A DNA stretch of 64,000 nt. It comes from a virus. Taxonomy: Duplodnaviria > Caudoviricetes. The notes below the pieces were generated by a model that did not search any database, was not told the origin of the DNA, and was given only the letters and a program-made list of their open reading frames with translations. Within the stretch, counting starts at the first letter, position 1. Each line of letters starts with the position of its first letter. Shown here piece after piece: positions 54,201 through 62,887 of the stretch. The stretch is from IMG/VR virus record IMGVR_UViG_3300024916_000029, positions 661 to 64,660 of that record; one strand, 5' to 3'. The position numbers and the translations under genes are program-made.

Positions 54201-57200
54201 ACGCAAGGACACCGCAGCGCCCACGGGGCCGAAGGCTGGTCGGACGCGCAACACCGATGAGCGCCCGGCCTGGGCCCGGCGCTTCGAGGTGAGCCAGATC
54301 GTCAAGAGCAGCCGTGCGGGCGAGGAAGGCCGCTGGTCCGTGCACGACACCCGCTCGAAGGATGCGTTGAACCAGCCCCGCCGCGTGGGGGAGCGCAGCT
54401 ACGCCAGCGAGGATGAGGCTCTGCAGGCCATCCCGCTCATTGCCGTGGCGCAGAAGCACCGCGCCGTTCCGGTGCGCGAGGGCGATGGCACGGGCTGGGA
54501 AATCTGGCGCGACGTGACCGAGCGCAAGCGCGTCAAGGTGGTGGACCTTGTTTTCGCCACGCGCGAGGCGGCCCTGGAGCACATGGCGAAGAACGCCCAG
54601 CAGATCATCGAGACGAACACGACCTTTGGTGAGGCCGACCTGCCGCAGCCCGACTCGGACCAGCGCATCGGCGCGGCGCGGCGCGACGGCGATGCCCGGG
54701 ACAGCGATTTCACCAAGGTCTTCGGCTTCCGGGGCGTGGAGTTCGGCAACTGGAACAACCAGAAGGAGCGCCAGGATCTGCTGAACGATGCCTACGACGG
54801 CCTGCTGGACCTGGCAGAGGTCATGGGCATCCCGCCGCGGGCCATCAGCCTGAACGGCGAGCTGGCCCTGGCCTTTGGTGCGCGGGGCAAAGGCCTGAGC
54901 GGCGCGCGCGCCCACTACGAGCTGGACAAGGCGGTCATCAACCTCACCAAGCTGAACGGGGCCGGCTCGCTGGCCCACGAGTGGTTCCACGCGCTGGACC
55001 ACTATTTCGGGCGGCAGGACGGCAAGGCGCCGGCCGAGTGGGTGGTTGCCAAGGATGGCACGCGCTCTTTCGCCGTGCACTTGGCTGCCGAGGACTCGAT
55101 GGCCAGTGGCGGAACGCGCGGCGAGCGCTCTGGCATGCGCGCCGAGGTGCGCGAGGCCTATGCCGACCTGATGCGGACGATTTCGCGCAAGGCCGAGGGC
55201 TACGTCGCCGACACGGGGCAGGCCGACCGCTTCGTGGCCAGCGCGCGCAAGGATGTGGAGCGCCGCCTTAAGAGCATGCGCGATGACCTGGCTCGCAACC
55301 TGGACGAGCGCTACTACAAGCGCCACAACAAGCCAGCCTCCGCAGAGCAGCTGGCCGAGTTCGACACCCTGGCCGAGAGGATCGTGGCTGGTGAGCTGCT
55401 GGAGCTGCATGTGGAGTCGAAGGCCGGCGCGCGCGCTGTCGGATCGGGTATCCGTTGGACCAACGATGCTCTGAACAAGCTCAGCGCCGTGATGAAGGCC
55501 GTTCGCGGCCGGCAGGGCTTCAATGCCTCCGGCGACGGCCCGCTGGACCGACTGCGCGGTGACATGCAGTTCTACAGCAGCCGGCTCAAGATGCTGGCCG
55601 ATGCCCAGAGCGGCGCCGAGAAGACGCGCATGGTGCCCACGCGCTTCGTCATGGACGCGAAGGAGCTGGACCAGGGCCGCGGGCAGGACTACTGGACCAA
55701 GCCCCATGAGCTGGCCGCCCGTGCCTTCCAGGGCTACGTCGAGGACAAGATCGCGGCGCAGAGCGGCAAGAGCCCGTTCCTCAACCACGGGCCCGAGAAC
55801 GCAGGCATTGCAACGCCCTGGGGTTGGAAGCGGCCGTTCCCGGCTGGCGTGGAGCGCAAGGCGATCAACGCGGCATTCGACAACCTGGCGGACGTGATCC
55901 AGACCCGTGAGGGGGAGGGCGGCAACCTGGTCCTGTTCAGCCGCTCTACCGAATCAGTCCCGCAGTCGGCTGCGGAATGGCTCTCCGACACGGTGATAGC
56001 CGATGAAGTGGAAAAACGCATCGGTGACTTTGCGCAGCAGCCCCCGATTCGGATCAGGGACACCGCTTTCGGGCAGTTGCCGGGTGTCGCACGCAATGAC
56101 AACGTGGCGGGTGCTGTCCACGACGGCGCCATCTACCTGTTCCGCGACCAGCTTGGCGACCGGGCGGCTGTGCAAAGGACTTTGTTCCATGAGCTGTTCC
56201 ATTTCGGTTTGCGCAAGTTCCTGACCAAGGAGCAGTTTACCGGGCAGATGATGGATCTGTACCGCCGGGACAAGGCGATCAGGGACGAGGCCGACCGCTG
56301 GGCGGCCACGGCGGATGGCCTGCGGGCCGAGGAGTTCGGAGGCCGCGAGTACGCCCTGGCACGCGGGGTGGACGAGGCCTTGGCCATTCTGGCGGAGCCC
56401 AACGGCGGCCCGCACCTGAACCAGACGGCGCGCGCCATGCTTGTGCGCCGCGTCACCAACTGGCTGGCCGATGTGGCGCAGTTCCTGAAGATGGACAAGG
56501 CGGCGGCCTATCTGCGCTCCCTGCACAACTCGGAGGCGCGGGCGTACATCCAGAGCGTTTTCAAGCGGCTGGAATCGGATGCTGGCCGGGGTGGCGCCGA
56601 TTGGTCGGAGTCCGGTGGCCCCGCCTTCAGCCGCGCATCCACGGCAGATATGCCAGCCGATGGATCGGCCGCCGGGGCGGGATTCAACGTGGACGGGTTC
56701 TTGTCCACCATGGCACGCTCTGCGGCCGTCACCCGCGCCGCCGGGACCACCGACCGCGCCGTCATGGATATGGTGCGCGAGGGCAAGCCAGCCAGCGACA
56801 TCCTTCGCCTGGTGGCAGGCACCAGCAAATCGCGCTTCAACCGCCAGGTGGCGCGCCTGCTGCTGAAATCCGGCATCACGCCGACCGTGCAGCTGGAGCA
56901 TGGCGACCTGGGCAGCGACGGGGGTTTCAAGTTCCTGGGCAAGTACAGCCGCAAGTTCGACACGGTGACGATGACGCCCGGCGCCGAGCTGCAGGCCGAG
57001 CACATCGTCATGCACGAGCTGATGCACGCTGCCACGCTGCGCGCGCTGGACCGCAAGGGCCTTGCCTCTCTGCAGATGCACCGCCTCTACGAGCACGTCA
57101 AGCGCCAGGGTGGCGCGGCCGGCGAGTACGGCATGAAGAACGTGGGCGAGTTCGTGGCCGAGGCCTTCACCAACCCCGAGTTCCAGCGCGCGCTGCGCGG

Positions 57201-60200
57201 CATCAGCGCGCCGCCCGGTGGAACGCTCAAGACCGCATGGGATGGCTTCGTGCGCATCCTGCGCAGCATCCTGGGCCTTCCGCAGGACGCCCACGACGCG
57301 CTGTCGCAGGCGCTGGAGCTGGGCGTGGCGGTGATGCGCGAGGACATGGCGCTACGCCAGCGCGGCAAGGAGCAACGCCAGGTAGGCGACGCCTTCGTGC
57401 AGTCTCCGCAGACACGCGCCACCTACGAGGGCCGCATCGACACCCTGTTCAACGGTGGGAAGGCGCAGGTAGGGACCGCGGTGCTCGACCGCTCGGACGT
57501 GATGGGTCTGCTGGGGCATTCGGACGTGCCCCTGATGCTCAACGAACGCCACCTGCTCGACGGGCTGACGAACCACCCGGAAATGACGGCTGCGGCCTGG
57601 AAGAAGGTGCCGGGCTGGCTGGAGAACCCGGCCATGGTGTATAGCGACCCGCGCGACACGGGGCGCCTGGTTGTGATCGCGCCGGAATTGCTGGCGGGGT
57701 ATCCGGTGATGCTTGTAGTGGAGCCCGCCCCAACGCCAGCGGAGCGGGGAAAAGCTGCACCGTTTCAGCTCTTGGTGACGGCCTATGCCAAGACCGGCAG
57801 CAAGATCCCCGCACCTGGCTTTCTGGCCGCCAGTGGGAACCTGCAGTACCTGGACACGAAAAACGCCCCCGAAGTGTTGCGGCGCGCCGGGGTCCAATTC
57901 CCCGGACAGGCCGCCCTACAACGGGGGCGCAAGAAAATTCTAACCGAAAAGCACCTGAACGGGTGGCGCAAGGCCCACATCAGCAAGCCCCCCGGCACGA
58001 CGGATTTCGACGCCACTACGAGTGGAGCCCTGCCGTCCAACGCCCGCAGCGATGCCGGGAAGGACCGCATTGTGGCCAAGCAAGGGGCGGACGGGCAATC
58101 CGAGCGCGACGAGGCGTTTTTTGGGGCGGCCGACTTGGGCGCGCTCAAGACCAGCGCGCTCGACAAGCTCCACCAGACCATGAGCCACCCCGGCAAGGTG
58201 TCTCTGTGGGACAAGACCGTGGGCACGATGCGCCACCTGGGCGAGCGCTCGCCCGCGTTCAAGCCGGTGTACGAGGCTGCCCAGCAGTTCATTGATGACG
58301 TGTCCATGCTGGGCAACGACGCGGCCGACCGCGCGCCGCGCCTGCTGCCGCGCGTGGAAACGCTGGCCGACCTCAAGAAGAAGCCCATCACGGCGGCCGA
58401 CAACAAGGCCATCGGCCGGCCGATCTTCGAGGGCACGCTGATGTGGGGCCGCGACGTGGACGGCACCGCGGTGCTGGTGGAAGACCTGACCAAGAAATAC
58501 GCCAACCTCCCGGCTGACGACAAGGCCCAGCTGATGCTGCGCGGCGAGCGCCTGGACCCGGGCGTGCTCAAGATGTGGAAGGGCCTGCCTCTGGCGCAGT
58601 ACGAGGCGGCCGTTAACTCCCGATTTGATAGCAAGGTGCTCAAGCCGGGTGTTGTCTGGAGCGCGAAAGAGCTGGAAACTCTGTTCAGCCTGAGCCCGGA
58701 GCAGGTGAGCCTGTACCAAGAGGCGCGCGGCGCCATCGACCGCTCCATCGACATGACCGCACGCGCCGACATGCTGCGGGCGCTGGGCGCCGGATACGCC
58801 GCCTTGCGCGAGCCGGTGCTGAGCCAGGCCAGCGCGGAGGACGCCATGGCGCTGCTGACCGACACGCTCCAGGCCGAGGCGCGAGAAAACCCGGACCAGG
58901 CCGGCCGCCTGCTGGGCCTGAACAATGCCGTGGTCAAGACCTACGAGCGCGCCAAGGAGTTGCAGCAGGCCGGCTATGCGCCGCTGTCGCGCTTCGGCCG
59001 CTACACCGTGGACGTGGTGGGCCAGGACGGCACGCGCGAGTATTTCGGCATGTTCGAGACGATGCGCGACGCCAACCTGATGGCCGAGCGCATGCGCCGC
59101 GAGTTCAAGGATGCGGCCGTCACCCAGGGCACCATGAGCGATGAGGCCTACAAGCTGTTCCAGGGCATCACGCCGGAGAGCTTGGAGCAGTTCGGCGGCA
59201 TGCTCGGCCTGGACAGCCAGGGCGAAGGCGCGCAGGACAAGGCTTTCCAGGCCTACCTGCAGCTGGCCAAGAACAACAATTCGGCGCTCAAGCGCCTGAT
59301 CCACCGCAAGGGCATCACCGGCTACAGCGAGGACGTGGGCCGGGTGCTCGCCGGCTTCGTCTACTCGAATGCGCGCCTGGCGGCCGGCGGCCTGAACGCG
59401 GGCACCCTGGAGCAGGCAATCCAGGACATCCCCAAGGAGCAGGGCGAGCTGCGCGACGTGGCCATGGGCCTGCGCTCCTACATCCAAGATCCGCAGGAGG
59501 AAGGCCAGGCCGTGCGCGGCATGCTGTTCGCGCAGTACCTGGGCGGATCGGCGGCTTCGGCCCTGGTCAACATGACGCAGCCCTTCCAGATCACCATGCC
59601 ATGGCTCAGCCAGTACGGCGGCATGCGCAAGGCCGCTGCCCAGATGGCCGGTGCGCTTCGCGACATGGCGCGCGGCGGCAAGTACGAGCCCGACCTGGCT
59701 CAGGCGCTGCAATCGGCCCAGGACGACGGCGTGGTGAGCCCGCAGGAGATTCACCAGCTCATGGCGCAGGCGCGGGGCACGGGTTCGCTGCGCACGGGCG
59801 ACGGCACCCGCATGGGTGACGCCAGGGCCGCAGCCGCGAACAACTGGGAGCGCGTGAAGGTGGCATGGGGCCAGCCGTTCGCGCTGGCAGAGCAGTTCAA
59901 CCGACGCAGCACGTTCATTGCCGCCTACCGCATGGCCAAGGAGCAGGGCCTGGCAGCCCCTGCGCAGTTCGCGCGCCGCGCCGTGGTCGAAACGCAGTTC
60001 GTCTACAGCAAGGCCAACAAGCCGAAGTGGGCGCGCGGCGCCGTCGGGGGCACGCTGTTCACGTTCAAGACCTACAGCGTGTCTTACCTGGAGCTGATGC
60101 AGCGCATGTGGACCCAGGGCGGGCCCGAGGGGAAGCGCGCCGTGGGCTGGGCCGTTGCCATGCTGCTGCTGGCCGGTGGTGCTGGCGGCCTGCCGTTCAT

Positions 60201-60990
60201 GCAGGATGCCGAAGACCTGATCGACGGCGCCGGCCAGCTCATGGGCTACAACATCAGCACCAAGCACTGGCGCAAGCAGCTGCTGCGCGACACCATCGGC
60301 AGGGAGCTGGGCGATTTCGTGGAGCAGGGCGTTTCGGGCCTGCCGGGTGCGCCCATCGACGTGTCCGGCCGCCTGGGCATGGGCAACCTGCTGCCCGGAA
60401 CCGGCCTGCTGATGACCAAGCAGAGCCGCGAACGCGATCTGCTGGAGATTGCTGGCCCAGCCGGCGACCTGGTGGCGCGCGGCTTCACCGGTGCGCGCAA
60501 GGCGCTGACGGGGGATGTGGCTGGCGCGGCGCTGGAGGTTGCGCCCACCGCCGTGCGCAACGCCGTCAAGGGCGCGGACATGGCAACGAGCGGAATCTAC
60601 AAGGACACCAAGGGCTACAAGGTCATCGACACCACGCTGGACGAGGCCATCGCCAAGGCCATCGGGTTCCAGCCGCGCAGCGTGGCGGATGACGCGGAGG
60701 CGACCGCCTACAAGCAGCGCATGAAGAGCTTCTACGTCCAGAGCAGCGCAGAAATCAAGGCCCAGTGGGCGGATGCGCTGTTTCGCAAGGATGAGGCCGC
60801 TCTGCAGCGCGTGCGCGAGCGATTGGCCGACTGGAACGAGGACAACCCGGACCAGCCCATCGTGGTCAAGATGCCTGACATCTGGAAGAAGGTGCGCGAA
60901 ATGGGTAAGGACCGCACCCAGCGGATTGCCGACACCGCGCCCAAGGCCCTGCGCGGCCAGATGCGGGAAATGGCCCGGGAGAACGGGTAG
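51274..60990 (+). CDS. Giant polyvalent virion/ejection protein (LPD1-like, zincin HExxH domains, PLxRFG domain)
   Basis: 3238 aa; GSLAHEWFHALD and YWTKPHELAARAF (LPD1-like); FHELFH; MHELMHAAT; YAPLSRFGRY. Confidence 0.9.
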   Translation: MAIEFDPTSAKPTEPSKFAFDPDTATPDAGPKRSLADYARDVAATAVKGAIGVPEAIVGLADIPTGGRVGKFLENEGGSVGFRPKQAKELVNDWHSDATKEAQRKFQEADGIVDKTVTALQNPSLIATAVGESLPSMGLGGVAARGLMAATKLGQMGAKGAALAGAAGEGVTMAGSAAEQIRQETPDGLLTPGQSALAGATGIVGGAVGTLGGRVAQKLGIGDVDTMIAQGAKGMADEAGSAGARAATNLLVQQQAVKGIPRRVIEGAISEGFLEELPQSLAEQIFQNLALGKDWLQDVDSAAVMGVLSGAAMGGAAAGYHGARQPAPGADLAPPAGEPGQPVPPPTGDASAAPSAGMDRVRQAYTDQLAALQAQEQGEQPGPQTTPPDGAAMLAQQQAAAAARRQVELDASRAVTGPDDEIFQSTGVAERPSVRMGLDPAAGPLSAGAALAVDTGVTGQMQQAAAQAQAAELAAKEGQKPAAPTQKQEQQPQAQQGVDPETGEIPPGGHMAGWSDAQLSDAFRGAQTRDVRMQLAQELSRRRAEREQLDQQALQAELDAEQAGTVPGAERADGAFASMTEDAGPVPADLSVPLTTQGVTDGPQAAQAQQDRAQPPQVGATPADASAAPDAQGSAGSQGAVATTGVADGSPSTANPGAQAAAAPGAQAAPAAETREQRAQRVASAGDAWTRMPAAERQAVAQRTDLKPIARKNVHGAAWGSLNGDIQRKLADAISPPQQPAALMQQAQAATKSRADARESAAAQSAPAAVATEPAGPAEAPAAEPAPQSPAQAPAAVEELVQESPAAVADKAPAATKSAADAPAKEQGAVPAAAAPKKPRGVLAKKAEAEAKARADYFAPGNVVQGYSGHDRVIAYQPAGEDGQWSVTVRAVEKQGDAWVDKAGERERVHGTQPDAKALKAGPVARGSAIDEPAEATGSKETVEQPAAVAQPKKDAEQRSAAKQNITDFGEKIGGARKDTAAPTGPKAGRTRNTDERPAWARRFEVSQIVKSSRAGEEGRWSVHDTRSKDALNQPRRVGERSYASEDEALQAIPLIAVAQKHRAVPVREGDGTGWEIWRDVTERKRVKVVDLVFATREAALEHMAKNAQQIIETNTTFGEADLPQPDSDQRIGAARRDGDARDSDFTKVFGFRGVEFGNWNNQKERQDLLNDAYDGLLDLAEVMGIPPRAISLNGELALAFGARGKGLSGARAHYELDKAVINLTKLNGAGSLAHEWFHALDHYFGRQDGKAPAEWVVAKDGTRSFAVHLAAEDSMASGGTRGERSGMRAEVREAYADLMRTISRKAEGYVADTGQADRFVASARKDVERRLKSMRDDLARNLDERYYKRHNKPASAEQLAEFDTLAERIVAGELLELHVESKAGARAVGSGIRWTNDALNKLSAVMKAVRGRQGFNASGDGPLDRLRGDMQFYSSRLKMLADAQSGAEKTRMVPTRFVMDAKELDQGRGQDYWTKPHELAARAFQGYVEDKIAAQSGKSPFLNHGPENAGIATPWGWKRPFPAGVERKAINAAFDNLADVIQTREGEGGNLVLFSRSTESVPQSAAEWLSDTVIADEVEKRIGDFAQQPPIRIRDTAFGQLPGVARNDNVAGAVHDGAIYLFRDQLGDRAAVQRTLFHELFHFGLRKFLTKEQFTGQMMDLYRRDKAIRDEADRWAATADGLRAEEFGGREYALARGVDEALAILAEPNGGPHLNQTARAMLVRRVTNWLADVAQFLKMDKAAAYLRSLHNSEARAYIQSVFKRLESDAGRGGADWSESGGPAFSRASTADMPADGSAAGAGFNVDGFLSTMARSAAVTRAAGTTDRAVMDMVREGKPASDILRLVAGTSKSRFNRQVARLLLKSGITPTVQLEHGDLGSDGGFKFLGKYSRKFDTVTMTPGAELQAEHIVMHELMHAATLRALDRKGLASLQMHRLYEHVKRQGGAAGEYGMKNVGEFVAEAFTNPEFQRALRGISAPPGGTLKTAWDGFVRILRSILGLPQDAHDALSQALELGVAVMREDMALRQRGKEQRQVGDAFVQSPQTRATYEGRIDTLFNGGKAQVGTAVLDRSDVMGLLGHSDVPLMLNERHLLDGLTNHPEMTAAAWKKVPGWLENPAMVYSDPRDTGRLVVIAPELLAGYPVMLVVEPAPTPAERGKAAPFQLLVTAYAKTGSKIPAPGFLAASGNLQYLDTKNAPEVLRRAGVQFPGQAALQRGRKKILTEKHLNGWRKAHISKPPGTTDFDATTSGALPSNARSDAGKDRIVAKQGADGQSERDEAFFGAADLGALKTSALDKLHQTMSHPGKVSLWDKTVGTMRHLGERSPAFKPVYEAAQQFIDDVSMLGNDAADRAPRLLPRVETLADLKKKPITAADNKAIGRPIFEGTLMWGRDVDGTAVLVEDLTKKYANLPADDKAQLMLRGERLDPGVLKMWKGLPLAQYEAAVNSRFDSKVLKPGVVWSAKELETLFSLSPEQVSLYQEARGAIDRSIDMTARADMLRALGAGYAALREPVLSQASAEDAMALLTDTLQAEARENPDQAGRLLGLNNAVVKTYERAKELQQAGYAPLSRFGRYTVDVVGQDGTREYFGMFETMRDANLMAERMRREFKDAAVTQGTMSDEAYKLFQGITPESLEQFGGMLGLDSQGEGAQDKAFQAYLQLAKNNNSALKRLIHRKGITGYSEDVGRVLAGFVYSNARLAAGGLNAGTLEQAIQDIPKEQGELRDVAMGLRSYIQDPQEEGQAVRGMLFAQYLGGSAASALVNMTQPFQITMPWLSQYGGMRKAAAQMAGALRDMARGGKYEPDLAQALQSAQDDGVVSPQEIHQLMAQARGTGSLRTGDGTRMGDARAAAANNWERVKVAWGQPFALAEQFNRRSTFIAAYRMAKEQGLAAPAQFARRAVVETQFVYSKANKPKWARGAVGGTLFTFKTYSVSYLELMQRMWTQGGPEGKRAVGWAVAMLLLAGGAGGLPFMQDAEDLIDGAGQLMGYNISTKHWRKQLLRDTIGRELGDFVEQGVSGLPGAPIDVSGRLGMGNLLPGTGLLMTKQSRERDLLEIAGPAGDLVARGFTGARKALTGDVAGAALEVAPTAVRNAVKGADMATSGIYKDTKGYKVIDTTLDEAIAKAIGFQPRSVADDAEATAYKQRMKSFYVQSSAEIKAQWADALFRKDEAALQRVRERLADWNEDNPDQPIVVKMPDIWKKVREMGKDRTQRIADTAPKALRGQMREMARENG
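53075..53212 (+). CDS. Putative nested +1-frame ORF encoding a basic 45-aa peptide
   Basis: AAGGAG RBS; MALKPPKPSKIARNRRKSEQRQQTQAQHQMLKEAQARKALSQPRG; host frame uses many CAA/GCA codons here. Confidence 0.45.
   Translation: MALKPPKPSKIARNRRKSEQRQQTQAQHQMLKEAQARKALSQPRG
53216..53392 (+). CDS. Second putative nested +1-frame basic ORF, 58 aa
   Basis: GGGGGT RBS-like; starts 3 nt after the first nested stop; MAAPRLRTLERKQRQRLVRKQRRQQKR... Confidence 0.35.
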   Translation: MAAPRLRTLERKQRQRLVRKQRRQQKRANSAPSASPARAMPGPACLPLSARLWPSART

Positions 60991-60998
60991 CCGCCCGG

Positions 60999-61035
60999 TA
61001 TAGGGCTGGGGCGTTTGGGCATGGCCGGGAATCAT
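60999..61035 (+). promoter_or_regulatory. Late promoter motif copy 7 (lysis cassette, leaderless)
   Basis: TATAGGG-N24-AATCAT, then 7 nt to ATG 61043. Confidence 0.78.
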
Positions 61036-61042
61036 CCCGGTC

Positions 61043-61285
61043 ATGAAACAGGAAATCCACGACATTGCGGTCGAGGCCGCGAAAGCCTCTCCAGGCTTGT
61101 TGGCCACAGGCTGGACCCTCAACAATGCCGTGGCCCTGGCCACGTTCTTCTTCATCATCCTGCAGATCGTCTATCTGGTCCGCAAGTGGGTGCGCGAGGA
61201 AACCGCCTGGGGGATCAAGATCAAGCGGTGGGCCGACCGCAAGAGCGGAGAAACCGACTTCGGCTCGCTGGGGGCCGACGAGTGA
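61043..61285 (+). CDS. Holin
   Basis: 80 aa; TM segment WTLNNAVALATFFFIILQIVYLV; precedes the endolysin. Confidence 0.8.
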   Translation: MKQEIHDIAVEAAKASPGLLATGWTLNNAVALATFFFIILQIVYLVRKWVREETAWGIKIKRWADRKSGETDFGSLGADE

Positions 61286-61902
61286 ACACGCCGACCGTGC
61301 CCGGAAAGGTCTGGGGCTCCCTGGGCGCCGCTGTACTTGCCATCGTTGCCGGTGTCTTCGCGGTCGAGGGCGGCTACGTCAACAACCCCGCCGACCCGGG
61401 CGGCGAGACGAACCACGGCGTCACTGTGGCAGTCGCCCGCGAGCACGGCTACCAGGGCCCCATGCGCGAGCTGCCCAAGGCCACCGCCCAGCGCATCTAC
61501 ACCCAGGACTACATCGAGCGGCCCGGCTTCCACCGGGTGATCGCCCTGTCGCCGGCAGTGGGCGAGAAGCTGGTGGATGCCGGCGTCAACGCAGGGCCGC
61601 CGCGCGCCGCGCGCTGGTTCCAGCAGGCGCTGAACCACCTGAGCCGCGGCGGCGCCGACTTCGCCCAGGTGGCCCCTGACGGCCAGATCGGCGGGATGAC
61701 CCTGGCCGCTTACCAGGCCCTGGAGCGCAAGCGCGGGCGCGTGAAGGCCTGCGAACTGACCTTGAAACTCATCGACGTGCAGCAGGGCGCGCACTACCTG
61801 CAGATCAACAAGCCCATGTTCATCGTCGGCTGGGCCGACAACCGGCTGGGCAATGTGCCGCTGGCGCGCTGCGCCGAATCTGTCCAAGGAGGTCACCAAT
61901 GA
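61282..61902 (+). CDS. GH108 endolysin with N-terminal SAR-like helix
   Basis: EGGYVNNPADPGGETNHGVT; DGQIG..TL peptidoglycan-binding segment; GWADNRL. Confidence 0.9.
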   Translation: MNTPTVPGKVWGSLGAAVLAIVAGVFAVEGGYVNNPADPGGETNHGVTVAVAREHGYQGPMRELPKATAQRIYTQDYIERPGFHRVIALSPAVGEKLVDAGVNAGPPRAARWFQQALNHLSRGGADFAQVAPDGQIGGMTLAAYQALERKRGRVKACELTLKLIDVQQGAHYLQINKPMFIVGWADNRLGNVPLARCAESVQGGHQ

Positions 61903-62159
61903 AATCCATCTTGATCCTGGCCGTCGTCGCGTTGGCGGGCTGCACCGTCGTGCCATATAGCACGGTGCGAGGCACCTGTGATCTGATTGAAATTGCATCG
62001 CATGAAGCTGATCTCGCGCCGTTCTGGTACATCGAGGCCGGCAAAGTGCTCGAACGCTGCGGCGACAAAAATGCGCGCGCCGAAGGAGAATTACGGGCCT
62101 GCTACGCCGATGCCCGCAACGGCTACCGCGACCGTGCGGAATGCGAGGCCATGCAGTGA
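61899..62159 (+). CDS. Cys-rich lipoprotein inside the lysis cassette
   Basis: Lipobox LAGC; RBS AGGAGG. Confidence 0.75.
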   Translation: MKSILILAVVALAGCTVVPYSTVRGTCDLIEIASHEADLAPFWYIEAGKVLERCGDKNARAEGELRACYADARNGYRDRAECEAMQ

Positions 62160-62205
62160 ACCCGATCTTGATCGCCATGTGGATGCGCTGGTGGAGGTGG
62201 TGGGA

Positions 62206-62580
62206 ATGATCCCCGGCACCCCCCTCATGTGGGCCGCAGGCCTGAGCCTTGCGCTCAATGCCGCCCTGGGATGGGCCTACCTGGGCCAGCGCGACAAGAC
62301 CACCAAGGCCGAAGCGGACGTGACCGCCATGGAGCAGCAACGCGACGGCGCGCGCGAGGCGGCCAGCGCCTGCAGTGATGCCGTGGAAGACCTGCGCATC
62401 CTGGCCGACAAGCGCGCCGACGAGGCCAAGGCCGCCCGCGCCGCCGCTGCAGTGAAGGCCCGCGGCCACAACGAGAAGGCCGATTCCATCCTGGCCACGC
62501 CGGCCGCCGTGCCCGGCGACGACTGCCGAAGCGCCCAGGTGCGCGTGTCGGACTGGCTCAAGGGGAGGGCGAAGCCATGA
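62206..62580 (+). CDS. Rz-like i-spanin
   Basis: N-terminal TM helix followed by coiled coil. Confidence 0.78.
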   Translation: MIPGTPLMWAAGLSLALNAALGWAYLGQRDKTTKAEADVTAMEQQRDGAREAASACSDAVEDLRILADKRADEAKAARAAAAVKARGHNEKADSILATPAAVPGDDCRSAQVRVSDWLKGRAKP

Positions 62581-62879
62581 AATGTGCTATCGCATTGATA
62601 GCTGCCTGCGCTTTGATTGCGGGCTGCGCGACCAAAAAGCATGTGGAAATTCAGCGCGTGAACGTGCCCGTGCCGGTGGAGTGCAAGGAGCCGGTGCCCG
62701 TGCGCCCGGTGATGCCCACCGAGGGCCTGGCCAGCACGGCCACGCTCGACCAGTTCGCCCAGGCCGCCATGGCCGAGATTGAGCGCCGCGAGGGCTACGA
62801 GGGCGAGCTGCTGGCGGGCCTGGAGAACTGCCGCAAACCCATCACCCCGCGCCGGCCGGCAGCCGGTTCAACACCTTGA
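62577..62879 (+). CDS. Rz1-like o-spanin lipoprotein
   Basis: Lipobox IAGC; Pro-rich VPVPVEC..P..RPVMP. Confidence 0.82.
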   Translation: MKCAIALIAACALIAGCATKKHVEIQRVNVPVPVECKEPVPVRPVMPTEGLASTATLDQFAQAAMAEIERREGYEGELLAGLENCRKPITPRRPAAGSTP

Positions 62880-62887
62880 GGCAGTAC

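Larger units (their letters stand above)
3313..62625. repeat. Dispersed repeat AGCGC-N5-GCTAY-N7-RTAGC, seven copies
   Basis: Copies near 3327-3353, 10595-10621, 22432-22458, 22844-22870, 53511-53537, 53706-53732 and, reversed, 62586-62612. Confidence 0.75.

Noticed and set aside
57940-61158. 1072-aa minus-strand ORF and similar long antisense ORFs (28790-31378, 38648-40876, 11683-13473)
   Set aside because: Typical stop-poor shadows of GC3-rich genes on the opposite strand, with no motifs.
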